The notes: generated by a model not told the origin, from the sequence alone. 64,000 nucleotides of DNA from an uncultured Verrucomicrobiae bacterium (GCA_963813025.1 CAWEXO010000013.1:576001-640000), one strand, 5' to 3'. Positions 1 through 11,392 are shown, numbered from the stretch's first letter. Program-made: numbers and translations.

Positions 1-358
1 AGGCATGGATCGCTACTCCGCATTGAGCCCCTTCATGAATAAAATAGGCGAGGGGGTCATAGCCGGGTGATTCGCCTTGCGTGCCGGTCAGATAGCGGCT
101 CCACGGTTCCAGCCGAGAGGCATAAAGCGCGTCTCCTTCCGGGCGTACCTGGACCATTAACGCGTTCAGCCCGTCAGCTGCCGCAATCCGGACGAGCAAA
201 CGAATCTCGGCCTTTTGTTGCGTTTCACTCAGGCCCAAGCTGGAGGGAAAGTTGAGGTTATAAACCGAAGCAACCCAAGCTGCCCGGAACTCCCGAGCGG
301 AGGCGAATGGTGTCAGTGCGAGAAGAACGAGAGCCGACAAATGACTTCGCGGAACCAT
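1..358 (-). CDS. GHL10/YddW(DigH)-like glycoside hydrolase, N-terminal part (runs off window)
   Basis: Manual translation from ATG 358 (not in ORF track): signal peptide then REFRAAWVASVYNLNFPS...LNALMVQVRPEGDALYASRLEPWS...GYDPLAYFIHE...IHA. Confidence 0.85.
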   Translation of the reverse strand, partial: MVPRSHLSALVLLALTPFASAREFRAAWVASVYNLNFPSSLGLSETQQKAEIRLLVRIAAADGLNALMVQVRPEGDALYASRLEPWSRYLTGTQGESPGYDPLAYFIHEGAQCGVAIHA

Positions 359-363
359 GCCGT

Positions 364-493
364 GGAGTTTAGGAGATGAAGAGTTCGGAAGTCTAGAATT
401 TTAGGAGTGGCAGGAGTGGCGGCCCATGGCCGTCGGCCGATGACCGATGACCGATTGCCGATCACTCCCGACTCCTGATTCCTGGAACTCCTG
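364..493. repeat. Degenerate short-repeat brackets: AGGAGT-type units on the left, ACTCCT-type units on the right, CCGATGA heptamers between
   Basis: ttaggagtggcaggagtggc ... ccgatgaccgatgaccgattgccgatc ... cactcccgactcctgattcctggaactcctg. Confidence 0.65.
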
Positions 494-504
494 CGAATCC
501 TCTC

Positions 505-1305
505 TCACTCCTCCAGTCTCTCGGCGTTGACGAACTTGATCTGCCCTCGCTCCCTCTGCACAAATTCCTCGGCCAACGCGCGGTAGGCAATTGCTCCAAC
601 CCCGTTCGGTTCATATTCGATGATCGGCTTACCGAAGCTTGGCGCTTCGCCCAGGCGCACCGAGCGCGGAACAATTGTTTGGTAAACCAATGCGTCGAAA
701 TGCCGGCGCACCTCACCAACCACCTGCTGGCTGAGATTCGTGCGGGCATCGTACATTGTCATCACGATTCCGCCAATCTGGAGCTTGGCGTTGACCGTTT
801 TCATCCGCTCGACAATCTGGACAATCTTAGAGAGCCCCTCCAAGGCGAAATACTCGCATTGCAATGGGATGAGGAGCTGGTCAGCCGCGGCCAGCGCGTT
901 CGTCATTAAAATGCCGAGCGAGGGCGGGCAGTCCAAAAATATATAGTCAAAGCGTGCGGCATCTCCGAGCTGGGCGAGTACAGTTCGTAACCGGGTCAAG
1001 TGATCATCGACGCGGGCGATCTCAATCTCGGCTCCAGCCAGGTCAAGGTCCGCCGGGATAATCGAAAGGTTCGCGAAGCGTGTCGCGATAACTTTGTCGG
1101 CGATCTTGGCAAGCCCAATCAGCGGCTCGTAGAGGCTCTTGCCGGCCGTATCTTCCACTCCGAGCGCGCTGGTCGCATTTCCTTGAGGGTCCAGATCGAT
1201 CAGGAGAACCCTCTTACCCTTAGCCGCCAGACAGGACGAAAGATTAACCGCGGTTGTTGTCTTGCCGACGCCTCCTTTCTGATTGGCAATCGCCAGCAAC
1301 TTCAT
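505..1305 (-). CDS. parA: ParA/Soj family chromosome partitioning ATPase
   Basis: NQKGGVGKTTT deviant Walker A, DLDPQGNATS, DCPPSLG, PLQCEYFALEG, EAPSFG. Confidence 0.95.
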   Translation of the reverse strand: MKLLAIANQKGGVGKTTTAVNLSSCLAAKGKRVLLIDLDPQGNATSALGVEDTAGKSLYEPLIGLAKIADKVIATRFANLSIIPADLDLAGAEIEIARVDDHLTRLRTVLAQLGDAARFDYIFLDCPPSLGILMTNALAAADQLLIPLQCEYFALEGLSKIVQIVERMKTVNAKLQIGGIVMTMYDARTNLSQQVVGEVRRHFDALVYQTIVPRSVRLGEAPSFGKPIIEYEPNGVGAIAYRALAEEFVQRERGQIKFVNAERLEE

Positions 1306-1370
1306 TTTTCAGAGAGTGTGGTCGTCGCGGACCTCGGTGGAAAGAAAATTTGCATAGCGGGGACGGGGCA

Positions 1371-1520
1371 GTGGGAGCGGCTTCAGCGGCGTGAGGTACT
1401 TGGCAGTTAGCAACGAAGAGTTTCCAGGCAGCCCAACCGCATTTCTCTTCGCTTCCGTGCTCTCGCGCTACATCCCTCCGCTGAGCCGCTCCCACCGCTT
1501 CCTCCGCTCCCACCGCTTCC
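1371..1520. repeat. Inverted repeat (1371-1389 vs 1478-1495) followed by 9-mer tandem units
   Basis: gtgggagcggcttcagcgg vs ccgctgagccgctcccac; then cgcttcctc cgctcccac cgcttcc. Confidence 0.7.
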
Positions 1521-1559
1521 ATTGACTCTCCTTTGTTCAGTTGCCATCTTCCCTGTCCC

Positions 1560-4500
1560 ATGCCTCCGGTCACTATCACTGAACGCTTTCTTATGGACAC
1601 GGGTGGGTGGCCGGCGATGAAGCACGCCAAAGCCCTGGTCGAGATGGGCCGGGTGGTGACTGCTCGGTATCGGCCGCCAGTGCTCCAAGGCGTGGTGCGT
1701 GAAGGAGATATTGAATACCGCGCCGGCCTGAAGATAGCGGATTATAGCCGGGTCGAAAACCTCTGTTCCTGTCGTGATTCGCGGCAGTGGGGAAAGATCT
1801 GCCCCCATTCTCTAGCTGTTGGATTGGCGACGATTCAGCCGAGCACGCCGGTCGCAGCAAAGTTGACGCCGGCCACGCCGGTGCGCGGTCCGCGGCTGCT
1901 CACGGAAGGCTCCGGGGATCGAATCGAACTTCATGTTGTGATCGCGCCAACCCTTCTGAATACGTGGCCGAAGGACCAGGTGATGGTCGGTTTTGAAGTT
2001 TCAATTAAGACGAACCGAATTCTGGCCAGCGCCCTGCCAGCGGATCGCGCGTTCGTTTGCTCTGTGCCCGATCGGGAAATTCTCGATGGTTATCGTCCTT
2101 TGTTCAATGGGAAGTTGCCGGGGATGGCGACGTTGTCCCGCAACGATTTTCTGGAATTGCTTCGGCGGCTACCGGAGCATCCCAGAGTTTCGTTTGGCCG
2201 GAATGCCAAAGCAACTGTGGAAAAGCAAGGACTGCGGCCGCCCCTGCGCATAAGGCGCCTCGCTGACGATCGCTGCGAGATCACGTGCAAAATCGACGGC
2301 GCTCTCCTGGCTGGCGACCAATCGGCGTGGGTATTGCGCGGTCATACTTTTATCCCCGTCGCGCCCGGTGTTCCGGCTGCTTATTTTCCCGTTCTATTCA
2401 AGCCCATCATTCTGTCCCGTGTACAGGGACTCATCTTTGCGCGCGATGAACTTCCCAAGTTATCTGCATTTTTTTCGATCGAGGGCGGGGAAACGGTTCC
2501 GGAGGCGCAGCCGGGGACACCCGGTGTGGTCGCGACATTCGAGGGTTCCCTCAATCATCTTTCGGGACGGGTGCAATGTTTTTATGACAACCGGATTGTC
2601 ACAGCGGGATTAACCCCGGCCAGCGACGCCTTCATCTATGAAGCGAACGGACGGCCTTGGACGCGTAACCTGGAGTTTGAGAGTCGATGCGTGGAGCGCC
2701 TCGCGAGAGCTGGCTTTGCACTTTCGCGTTCGACCGGCGAGTTCGTTTTGCGCGGTCAGAATGCTATCCTGCAGTTCTTTGCCTCCGAGTTACCCAGACT
2801 GGAAAAGATCTGGAAGGTGTCGATCGGCAGCCGGTTTGCGAACGTCACAAAACAGGTCGAACGGATTGCGCCGCACTTCGCCATCACCAGTTCCGGGGAA
2901 GACTGGTTCGATCTTTCGTTTTCGTTGGCCAGCGCGAGCGGCGAGCGTTTTTCCAACGCCGAGGTCCAGCGGCTGCTGCAACTAGGCCAGGGATTTACCC
3001 GACTGAAGAATGGGAAATTGGCGGTATTCAATTCGATCGACCTCGAAACCGTACAGGATGTCCTGACTGATTGTTCTCCAGATCAGGTCGTGCCCGGCAC
3101 CTATCGGCTGGGCCGTGCTCAGGCCGGTTTTGTCAGCGGAACCTTAGGCGCTTTGCCGGGCGCGGTAATGGAAGCAGGCGGCTGGTTCAACGAATGGGCG
3201 CTTCGCCAACAGCAGCTCAAGCCGTTTGAGCCGGTCCCACTCGGTTCGTTTGAATCCCTGCTCCGGCCGTATCAGAAGCAGGGCGCGTACTGGTTGCATT
3301 TCCTCTATCAAAACCGGCTTGGAGGGATCCTGGCCGATGAAATGGGTCTGGGTAAAACGGTCCAGTCTCTCGCCTTTCTTTCATCGCTCCCCGGTCCGGC
3401 ATTGGTTGTGTGTCCTGCCTCGCTCCTGTTCAATTGGCGACGCGAAACAGAGCGGTTCGCACCTCATCTGCGTGTCTTAACCATCGAAGGACCTAATCGC
3501 TCCAAGCTGTTTCCGGAGATAAAGAACCACAATTTGGTTCTGACCAGTTATCCACTGCTCCGACGCGACAGCGACGCTTACCGGCCGTTTGAATTTTCCG
3601 CGATCGTCCTGGACGAGGCGACCCACATTAAGAACCCGGATACGCAAAACACCCAGGCGGCTATGGCGCTCCGCGGCCGCTACCGGTTTGTCTTGACCGG
3701 CACTCCGGTGGAAAATTCGGTGCGGGATCTGTGGTCGATCATGAATTTCGTTCTCCCTGGGTACCTCAGTTCACGCAACGATTTTCGTGAGCGATATGAG
3801 CTGCCAATCAGCCGCGGATCGGAAGCCGAGAAAATCAGGCTGGCCAAACGGATTCGCCCCGTCATGCTCCGGCGGTTAAAACGCGAGGTGGCGCGCGAAT
3901 TGCCCGAAAAGATCGAGCAAGTGTCGCTCTGCGAACTTTCGCCGGAACAACGCGAGCTGTACCGAAAAATTCACTCCGAGGCCCAGCGAAAGCTGGATGA
4001 ACTTCAGGGAGAAAAGAATCGTGGTGCTGCCCGGATGACAATGTTAACCACTCTCTTGCGTTTACGCCAGGTCTGCTGTGACGTTCGTCTGGTCGGTCAA
4101 GACGGGAGCTCCGGGAAACTGGAGATGTTTCTCGAGCTGCTGGAAGAGGTGATTGACGGCGGTCATCGTGTCCTCGTTTTCAGCCAGTTTGTGCAAATGC
4201 TACACCTGCTGCGAACCGAGCTGGAGAACTCGGGCATAAATTTTTGTTATCTCGACGGCCAAAGCAAAGATCGAGAAGAAGTGGTAAATCGTTTTCAGGC
4301 AAACTCGGATATTCCCGCATTTCTGATCAGCCTCAAGGCCGGCGGTGTCGGGCTGACGCTTACCGGAGCGGACACTATTTTCCACTATGATCCCTGGTGG
4401 AATCCGGCTGTCGAGGATCAGGCAACGGACCGGGCGCATCGCATCGGACAGGAACGCACTGTCACTTCCTATAAATTAATCAGCCGCGGCACGGTCGAAG

Positions 4501-4625
4501 AGAAGATTGTCGCGCTACAACAAAAGAAGAGAGCAATTATCGACGCCACTGTGGAAAGCGAGGAACCGCTGATGACGGGTCTTTCAACCGAAGAGATTGC
4601 CGACCTGATCAGCGGCGAGCTGTGA
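1560..4625 (+). CDS. SWIM zinc-finger / SNF2-family helicase
   Basis: N-terminal CSC...CPH SWIM; LADEMGLGKT, DEAT, LTGTPVEN, SLKAGGVGL, DPWWNPAVEDQATDRAHRIGQ; start chosen at ATG 1560. Confidence 0.93.
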   Translation: MPPVTITERFLMDTGGWPAMKHAKALVEMGRVVTARYRPPVLQGVVREGDIEYRAGLKIADYSRVENLCSCRDSRQWGKICPHSLAVGLATIQPSTPVAAKLTPATPVRGPRLLTEGSGDRIELHVVIAPTLLNTWPKDQVMVGFEVSIKTNRILASALPADRAFVCSVPDREILDGYRPLFNGKLPGMATLSRNDFLELLRRLPEHPRVSFGRNAKATVEKQGLRPPLRIRRLADDRCEITCKIDGALLAGDQSAWVLRGHTFIPVAPGVPAAYFPVLFKPIILSRVQGLIFARDELPKLSAFFSIEGGETVPEAQPGTPGVVATFEGSLNHLSGRVQCFYDNRIVTAGLTPASDAFIYEANGRPWTRNLEFESRCVERLARAGFALSRSTGEFVLRGQNAILQFFASELPRLEKIWKVSIGSRFANVTKQVERIAPHFAITSSGEDWFDLSFSLASASGERFSNAEVQRLLQLGQGFTRLKNGKLAVFNSIDLETVQDVLTDCSPDQVVPGTYRLGRAQAGFVSGTLGALPGAVMEAGGWFNEWALRQQQLKPFEPVPLGSFESLLRPYQKQGAYWLHFLYQNRLGGILADEMGLGKTVQSLAFLSSLPGPALVVCPASLLFNWRRETERFAPHLRVLTIEGPNRSKLFPEIKNHNLVLTSYPLLRRDSDAYRPFEFSAIVLDEATHIKNPDTQNTQAAMALRGRYRFVLTGTPVENSVRDLWSIMNFVLPGYLSSRNDFRERYELPISRGSEAEKIRLAKRIRPVMLRRLKREVARELPEKIEQVSLCELSPEQRELYRKIHSEAQRKLDELQGEKNRGAARMTMLTTLLRLRQVCCDVRLVGQDGSSGKLEMFLELLEEVIDGGHRVLVFSQFVQMLHLLRTELENSGINFCYLDGQSKDREEVVNRFQANSDIPAFLISLKAGGVGLTLTGADTIFHYDPWWNPAVEDQATDRAHRIGQERTVTSYKLISRGTVEEKIVALQQKKRAIIDATVESEEPLMTGLSTEEIADLISGEL

Positions 4626-4829
4626 GAGCGAGGCGAGCCGGCCCCGACTCATGGCGTATCTTGCTCCTGCCCCGGAGCGGACGGCGTGTTCGCCATAGCT
4701 TCAGCGAAGGAGGAGCGGCGACAAGTCGGACGCACTCCATGACGCTTATGCTCGCGTTGTCCGCGCGAGGGCGCTCGAATATTGGCCGCCGGCGTTTTCG
4801 CTCAAGGCTCATCCGAGCTATTTTGCGAT

Positions 4830-5519
4830 ATGCTTAAAGTAACTTTCCTAGGTCATGCCGCTTTCTGCCTCGAAAGCGATGGTACGCAGCTGCTCATTGA
4901 TCCTTTTCTGACCGGCAATCCAAAGGCGAAGGCTAAGCCGGAAGACTTTCGACCCGGGTTTATCGTACTGAGCCATGGGCACGGCGATCACGTGGGCGAT
5001 ACCGTAGCGATCGCCAAACGCACCCACGCAAAAGTGATCGCGCCCTTTGAGCTGGGCAACTGGCTTGGCGGCCAGGGAGTTGATGCCCAGCCGATGGGGT
5101 ATGGTGGTTGGTCGAAGTTTCCTTTTGGAGCGGTAAAATTTACTGCGGCAATCCACAGCTCATCTGCCACCGGCGACGACGGGAAACCTATCTACCTGGG
5201 CGAACCGGCTGGTATCTTGCTCGATTTCCATGGGAAACGGGTTTATCACGCCGGCGATACGGCCCTGTTTTCCGACATGCGCTTAATTGGGGAAGACGCT
5301 CCGATCGACTTGGCTTGTCTTCCGATTGGCGAACATTTTGTCATGGGTCCAAAAGACGCCGCCAAAGCAGTCGAATTCCTCAAACCGAAACACGTTGTTC
5401 CGATGCATTACGGCACTTTTCCTGTGCTCTATGGAGATCCGAAAGAGTTCGCCCGTCTGGCTCAAGGAAAAGGAGCCGAGATCTCGATCCTTGAGGCCGG
5501 CGATGCCTTGGAGCTATAG
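4830..5519 (+). CDS. Metal-dependent hydrolase, metallo-beta-lactamase fold (UPF0173-like)
   Basis: FLGHA, IDPFLTGNP, SHGHGDHVGD, YHAGDT, PMHYGTF. Confidence 0.92.
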   Translation: MLKVTFLGHAAFCLESDGTQLLIDPFLTGNPKAKAKPEDFRPGFIVLSHGHGDHVGDTVAIAKRTHAKVIAPFELGNWLGGQGVDAQPMGYGGWSKFPFGAVKFTAAIHSSSATGDDGKPIYLGEPAGILLDFHGKRVYHAGDTALFSDMRLIGEDAPIDLACLPIGEHFVMGPKDAAKAVEFLKPKHVVPMHYGTFPVLYGDPKEFARLAQGKGAEISILEAGDALEL

Positions 5520-5781
5520 GACGGACAAGGACGGATAAAAGGCCTCCTGAAGTGAAGCGTAGCGTTGGACTTTTCCGCGACCTGACGGGCGAACCGATCC
5601 TGGTTCCTTGACCCTCCCAAAAAAGACGCATAACTGGAAATGGCCTGCCCTCCACGGGCAATTGCGGCTTTAATCCCGTACAAAAGCCTTTCATAAACGA
5701 TTGGAAACCCACCTCGCTCCCGAGTATCATCACCGGGTAGAGTCGGCAATCCGTGTACCACCATTGGTTTGGGCGGAGCTC

Positions 5782-5940
5782 ATGAAAAAGTTACCTCGAC
5801 AATTACCGGAGGCGCAGCAAGAGGGCGTGCGCCTGAACTTCTACGATGGCCTGAGGCAACGAGAGATCGCGTCCCCAAAGGCGCTCGCGTCAAACACTGT
5901 CAAGACACCCGCTTTGAACGTTGCGCAGAAAAAGCTTCTA
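5782..5940 (+). pseudogene. Remnant of ECF sigma factor region 4
   Basis: QLPEAQQEGVRLNFYDGLRQREIA...NTVKT resembles sigma70 r4.2; no region 2 seen. Confidence 0.55.
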
Positions 5941-6022
5941 ACCCGCCTTCCGGCGCTTCCCGAGAAACGCTTTGACCCGGTCTGGCCGATTGCGGCCTGA
6001 ACGCTCTAAGTGTCACGCTTTC

Positions 6023-7666
6023 ATGACTACACATCCACTTGCAGGTAAACCCGCACCGAAAGACCTCTTGATCGACGTGAGCCGAGTCGAAGCCGCATTC
6101 TACGAGGCCAAGCCCGATCCGACAGACCCGAATCAGCTCGTAAGCTTCGGCACCAGCGGCCATCGCGGCACCAGCTCGAACGCGACGTTTACCGAAGCGC
6201 ACATCCTGGCCATCACCCAAGCTATCTGCGAATACCGGCGCCACCAGGGCATCACGGGCCCGTTGTTCATGGGCAAAGACACCCACGCGCTTTCCCGGCC
6301 TGCCGAACGCGTGGCACTCGAAGTACTCGCCGCGAATGGAGTGGAGACATTCATTCAGCGCGATGACGGCTTCACACCGACCCCGGTCATATCACGCTCC
6401 ATCCTGGTGCACAACCGGGGTAGGTCGAATGGTCTCGCCGACGGCATTGTCGTCACCCCCTCGCACAACCCGCCCACCGACGGCGGCTTCAAATACAACC
6501 CGCCTAACGGCGGTCCGGCCGACACGGACGTCACCGACCAGATTCAAACCAGAGCCAACGAGCTGCTGCGGGCGGGGAACAAAGGCGTTCAGCGCCTCGT
6601 CTTCAAAGCCGCCTTCGAGGCGTCCACAACTCGAACAGAAGACTTCGTCGCGCCTTATGTGGGGGACCTTGCTAACGTCATCGATCTGGAAGCCATCCGT
6701 TCTTCCGGCGTGAGGATCGGCGTCGATCCGCTTGGTGGCGCGGCGTCGGCGTATTGGCAACCGCTGGCCGAGCGCTACGGGCTCAACATCAAAGTCGTGA
6801 ACCCCAAGATTGACCCAACCTTCGCATTCATGCCAGTAGATCACGACGGCAAGATCCGGATGGATTGCTCCAGCCCCTACGCGATGGCCGGACTGGTTGA
6901 ACTCAAGGACCGCTTCGATATCGCGTTTGGCAACGATCCGGACTCTGACCGGCACGGCATTGTCACTCCCTCCGCCGGTCTTCTAAACCCGAACCACTAT
7001 CTCGCGGTCGCAATCCGTTATCTTCTCACCAATCGCCCCCATTGGCCTGTTAGCGCAGTCGTCGGCAAAACGCTCGTCAGTAGTTCTCTGATCGATCGCG
7101 TTGTCGCCAGCCTCGGTGGCAAGCTTTGGGAAGTGCCCGTCGGCTTCAAATGGTTCACGCCTCGCCTGTTCGATGGCTCCTGTTGTTTCGGCGGCGAGGA
7201 AAGTGCCGGCGCAAGCTTCATCCGGCGCGACGGCACAGTCTGGAGCACGGACAAAGACGGCCTGATTCTTGGCCTGCTCGCCGCGGAAATCACCGCGCGC
7301 GCTGGGAAGGATCCCGGCTTGCATTACCAGGAGCTCTCCGCCGAGTTCGGCACGCCATTTTACACTCGCATCGACGCTCCCGCCACGCCTGAGCAGAAGA
7401 ACCGGCTCAAGAAACTCTCGCCGGAAGCCGTCACTGCCACCGAACTCGCCGGCGAACCCATCACGGCGAAACTCACTCGTGCTCCCGGCAACGACGCCCC
7501 GATCGGCGGGTTGAAGGTGGTCTCAGCCACCGGCTGGTTCGCTGCGCGCCCGTCGGGCACGGAAAACATCTACAAACTCTACGCCGAGAGCCTGAAAAGC
7601 GCCGACCATCTCAGCGCCATCATCGAGCAAGCACAGGAGATCGTCAGTCGCTCGTTGGGCGGGTGA
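6023..7666 (+). CDS. pgm: Phosphoglucomutase (alpha-D-glucose-1,6-bisphosphate dependent)
   Basis: [38 protein letters not shown]. Confidence 0.96.
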   Translation: MTTHPLAGKPAPKDLLIDVSRVEAAFYEAKPDPTDPNQLVSFGTSGHRGTSSNATFTEAHILAITQAICEYRRHQGITGPLFMGKDTHALSRPAERVALEVLAANGVETFIQRDDGFTPTPVISRSILVHNRGRSNGLADGIVVTPSHNPPTDGGFKYNPPNGGPADTDVTDQIQTRANELLRAGNKGVQRLVFKAAFEASTTRTEDFVAPYVGDLANVIDLEAIRSSGVRIGVDPLGGAASAYWQPLAERYGLNIKVVNPKIDPTFAFMPVDHDGKIRMDCSSPYAMAGLVELKDRFDIAFGNDPDSDRHGIVTPSAGLLNPNHYLAVAIRYLLTNRPHWPVSAVVGKTLVSSSLIDRVVASLGGKLWEVPVGFKWFTPRLFDGSCCFGGEESAGASFIRRDGTVWSTDKDGLILGLLAAEITARAGKDPGLHYQELSAEFGTPFYTRIDAPATPEQKNRLKKLSPEAVTATELAGEPITAKLTRAPGNDAPIGGLKVVSATGWFAARPSGTENIYKLYAESLKSADHLSAIIEQAQEIVSRSLGG

Positions 7667-7693
7667 GTAACGGCTGAACCTCGCAGGAGGCCA

Positions 7694-9061
7694 ATGGCAA
7701 ACGAACTGCGCACCGCGTTGCCCACGTACGAGGAGCGAAGAACGGCAGGTCGTGCGCTGCGGGACCAGGTGAAACGCGGCGCTCTTGGGCACTGGCGCAC
7801 TCCGGAGGACCGGGCCGATCCGGTCGGTCTCGTCGAGGAGGCGCACTCGGGGCGCCTGGAACGGCTGATTCCCGTGAGGGTCGGCCGGATGGTGACGTCG
7901 CCGTACGCTTTTCTGCGCGGGGCGGCCTCCCTGATGGCAGAGGATTTCCAGCGCATGCCCAGAACGGGGATCGAGCCGGTGATCTGCGGCGATGCACACC
8001 TTGGCAATTTCGGCTTCTACGCCTCACCGGAGCGCGACCTAGTGTTCGACCTCAACGACTTTGACGAGGCGCACCCCGGCCCATGGGAGTGGGACTTGTG
8101 GCGGCTCACCGCAAGCATCTGGGTGGCCGGCCGTCAGAACGGCTTGGCCGAAGGGACCTGCGAGGATGCCGTGTTGTGGTGCGCGGCGGCGTACCGCCGG
8201 CAGATTGGCCGGCTTGCCGGACAGCCGCTACTAGCCCGCTCGTTCGACCGGATGGACATCGACCGAATGCGGCTGGAGATGGCAGACTGGTCGCTGCGAG
8301 CGGAGATCGAACGGTCGGCGAACCTGGCACGGCTGCGGACCAGCGACCGTGCGCTCCCCAAGCTGACCCGCGAGCACGATGGCGTGCGCCACATCGTGGA
8401 CCAACCGCCTGTCGTGATGCACGTATCCGATGAGGAGAAGGAGCGTCTCATCGACGGGCTGGAGGCGTATTTGAAAACGATTCCGCCCCACTGGCGCCGG
8501 GTGCTCAGTTCGTATGTGGTCCTCGATGTAGCCCATAAGGTGGTCGGTGTGGGCAGCGTGGGACTGCGAGCGTTCGTGGTGCTGCTGCAAGGCAACGGTG
8601 CGCACGACATGCTCTTCCTGCAGTTGAAGCAGGCCAGACGATCGTGCGTGGCCGCGTTCGTGCACGGTGCCACTGCGTGGCACGCGCATCAGGGGCAGCG
8701 GGCGGTGGAGTATCAGCAGACGTTGCAGACTGTCAGCGACCCGCTGCTCGGCTGGACCACGGTAGACAAACGCGACTACTACGTCCGCCAGTTCCGCGAC
8801 ATGAAGGGCGCGGTCAGCGTGGAAGGCATGGATGGGTCCGCCCTCATGGACTATGGCCGCATCTGCGGCGCCCTGCTCGCAAAGGGCCACGCCCGCTCAA
8901 CGGGTGCCACGATGCTGTCCGGCTATCTCGGCAAGGGCGACGTCGCTGACCGAGCATTCGCGCGCTTCGCACGTGCCTACGCAGACCAGACGGAAGCCGA
9001 TCACCAGGCGCTTCAACAGGCCGTCAAGTCCGGACGACTCCCCGCAGAGCACGCGATCTAG
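7694..9061 (+). CDS. DUF2252 family protein (kinase-like)
   Basis: SPYAFLRGAA, CGDAHLGNFG, FDLNDFDEA, KVVGVGSVG, YVRQFRDMKG. Confidence 0.9.
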   Translation: MANELRTALPTYEERRTAGRALRDQVKRGALGHWRTPEDRADPVGLVEEAHSGRLERLIPVRVGRMVTSPYAFLRGAASLMAEDFQRMPRTGIEPVICGDAHLGNFGFYASPERDLVFDLNDFDEAHPGPWEWDLWRLTASIWVAGRQNGLAEGTCEDAVLWCAAAYRRQIGRLAGQPLLARSFDRMDIDRMRLEMADWSLRAEIERSANLARLRTSDRALPKLTREHDGVRHIVDQPPVVMHVSDEEKERLIDGLEAYLKTIPPHWRRVLSSYVVLDVAHKVVGVGSVGLRAFVVLLQGNGAHDMLFLQLKQARRSCVAAFVHGATAWHAHQGQRAVEYQQTLQTVSDPLLGWTTVDKRDYYVRQFRDMKGAVSVEGMDGSALMDYGRICGALLAKGHARSTGATMLSGYLGKGDVADRAFARFARAYADQTEADHQALQQAVKSGRLPAEHAI

Positions 9062-9378
9062 TGCACCGGCTACCGTTTGCCTTCGCTGGGGCGGAGGTAA
9101 TACTTCATCCGGGGAGAGGATAAAGGCTCCGGAAAATACGAAAAACTTTTCAAGTTTGGTATAGACTGCTGATGTGTTCCTTCATAAAAAAAAGGCGGGT
9201 ACGCGTCGATTTTAGCCGAACGCTGAGGACCGCCTTGTGGCAGCGGCGTTTCCCTCGGTTTTGGGGAATCTCACGCGACCGGCTCAGGGTCTGAGGGTTC
9301 CTACGCCAACTCCATGCGACTTAAGCCCCTACACTCTTAACTTATCTTGAACGAACTTACCCTAATCACTCCTCGAAC

Positions 9379-10338
9379 ATGAGCATCAGCATCTTTTTCC
9401 GGTTTGGAAGTCAAACCGCTGCCGGCTTGCTTTTGGCAGGCGTCCTGGCGAATCCGACCTTTGCCGAAAGCAAAAAACTCAACTCGGCGGCCGTGACGGT
9501 GGGCGACCTTGGAAATCCCTTCTTTGTGCAAATCGTCCACGGGGCGGAATACAAGGCCAAGAAGATTAACAACAAGGTGAAGTTCACGGCCCTGTCGAGC
9601 AACTACGACGTCAACAACCAAACCAACCAAATTGACAACTTCATTTCCTCGAACGTGAACCTGATCTTGTTAGGCGCGGCGGACAGTAAGGGGATCGCGC
9701 CGGCAGTCATGCGGGCCAAGCAAGCGGGCATCACGGTAGTGGCCGTTGACGTGGGGGCCGAAGGCGGCGTGGATGCCACGGTCACCTCCAATAACAAGCA
9801 GGCCGGCACCGAGGACGGCCGATATGTGGCCGAGCGGCTCAAGGGCAAGGGCCAAATCATCATCGTCAACGGGCCGCCGGTTACGGCGGTGTCCGATCGC
9901 GTCGCGGGTTTTCTTGAAGTCCTCAAGCAATATCCGGGCATCAAGGTCCTCTCGCAGGATCAAAATGCTGGAGGCAGCCGTGACGGCGGGCTTCGAGTGA
10001 TGACGGATCTGTTGACTGGATTCCCAAAAATCGATGCGGTTTTTGCAATTAACGACCCGACGGCTATCGGCTGTGACTTGGCCGCCAAGCAAGCCCAGCG
10101 CAAGGATTTCTTCATCGTGGGCGTGGACGGCTCGCCCGATATCGTGCCGTTCTTGAAAGACCCCAACAGCCTGATCGCGGCCACCGCTGCGCAGGATCCC
10201 TACCTGATGGCAGAAACGGCCGTCGAGATCGGCTACAACCTCATGCAGGGCAAAAAGCCCAAGGAGGAGCTGACCCTCATCCCAGTGGGGCTAATCACCA
10301 AAGAAAATGTCGATCGGTACGCAGGCTGGACCAAGTGA
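9379..10338 (+). CDS. Sugar ABC transporter periplasmic binding protein (RbsB-like)
   Basis: Signal peptide; GNPFF, VVAVD, VFAIND, IVGVDG, AAQDP motifs. Confidence 0.9.
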   Translation: MSISIFFRFGSQTAAGLLLAGVLANPTFAESKKLNSAAVTVGDLGNPFFVQIVHGAEYKAKKINNKVKFTALSSNYDVNNQTNQIDNFISSNVNLILLGAADSKGIAPAVMRAKQAGITVVAVDVGAEGGVDATVTSNNKQAGTEDGRYVAERLKGKGQIIIVNGPPVTAVSDRVAGFLEVLKQYPGIKVLSQDQNAGGSRDGGLRVMTDLLTGFPKIDAVFAINDPTAIGCDLAAKQAQRKDFFIVGVDGSPDIVPFLKDPNSLIAATAAQDPYLMAETAVEIGYNLMQGKKPKEELTLIPVGLITKENVDRYAGWTK

Positions 10339-10465
10339 GCGAATCTGGCCGGGCTGGAAGTGCGCGGGATGACTAAGAACTTCCCCGGATTGCGTCGTTA
10401 AAGAGGTGAACCTGCGGACTGGCCCCTCGGGACTGGGTCAAGCACTGCGGCTGTCCTGTGATCGC

Positions 10466-11392
10466 TCACCTGCCTAAGCTGGCTCTAAATTCCTGGATCA
10501 TCTCTGGCGGCACTAAGGGCGTCGCCCCATCATGCGAGGCAACAAAGGCGCCCAGACGGCAAGCAGTTTCCAGAACCGCTTGACTGTCGGTTCCGCGCGT
10601 CAGTCCAACCATCAGGCCGGCCATGAATGCGTCCCCCGCGCCAACCGTATCCTTGACGACCACTTTTGGAGCCGGAGCGCAAACGAGCGTGCCCCGATCC
10701 CACAGCGCCGCACCCGCCGCAGCCATCGTGACGCAGATGCGAGGTGTGTTTGTTGCTTCTGCGAGTGCTGCACAAGCTTCCGCGACGGCATCGGCATTCC
10801 CGGGCGGATTGGGGGTCGCCTGGCCGGTTCGCAGCCACGAAGCGATCTGGCCGACTTCGTCATGGTTGAGTTTGATGACGTCGGCGCGGGCCGCCATTTC
10901 GACGATACGCTCCGGATTGGCGAACGGAGGACGCAGATTGACATCGAAGAATTTCAATGGGCCCTTCAGCGCAAGAAGCCGATCCAACTGCTCGAGGTTG
11001 TACGGCGAGCGGGTGGCTAGTGACCCGAAGATCAACGCGCCGCCTTTCTCCACGGCTTCGATGACTTCGGGGGAAAATGTGATCTCGTCCCATGCCACCG
11101 GCTGAACGAGTTCGTAGGTCGCGTTGCCCAAGGCGTCGACCGTGGCAATTACGGTCCCGGTGGGAAGACCGACGCGCGCACGGCTCACAAACTGGACGTT
11201 GACCCCTTTGTCTCGCGCAACCTGCAGAATTTCGTCGCCGAGAGGGTCCCGGCCGACCGCTGAGAGTAGAGACGCGGAGACTCCCAATTGGACGAGATGA
11301 CAGGCGACGTTGAACGGAGCGCCGCCAGCGTGCTTGCCAGAGGGGAGGCAGTCCCAGAGTATTTCGCCAAAGGCGTAGAATTCAGTGTTCAT
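10466..11392 (-). CDS. PfkB family carbohydrate kinase (fructokinase-like)
   Basis: FGEILWD, GGAPFNVA, DVNLR, DTVGAGDAF. Confidence 0.93.
   Translation of the reverse strand: MNTEFYAFGEILWDCLPSGKHAGGAPFNVACHLVQLGVSASLLSAVGRDPLGDEILQVARDKGVNVQFVSRARVGLPTGTVIATVDALGNATYELVQPVAWDEITFSPEVIEAVEKGGALIFGSLATRSPYNLEQLDRLLALKGPLKFFDVNLRPPFANPERIVEMAARADVIKLNHDEVGQIASWLRTGQATPNPPGNADAVAEACAALAEATNTPRICVTMAAAGAALWDRGTLVCAPAPKVVVKDTVGAGDAFMAGLMVGLTRGTDSQAVLETACRLGAFVASHDGATPLVPPEMIQEFRASLGR

Noticed and set aside
1..361. Possible structured ncRNA (ggcatgg...ccatgcc terminal pairing)
   Set aside because: The minus strand is an open frame with clear GHL10/YddW motifs, so the pairing is coincidental.
4626..4800. 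ORFs and REP-like palindromes after the SNF2 gene (similar GC-rich hairpins near 10408 and 28800-28970)
   Set aside because: Too degenerate to define a family by eye, and the ORFs show no recognisable motifs.
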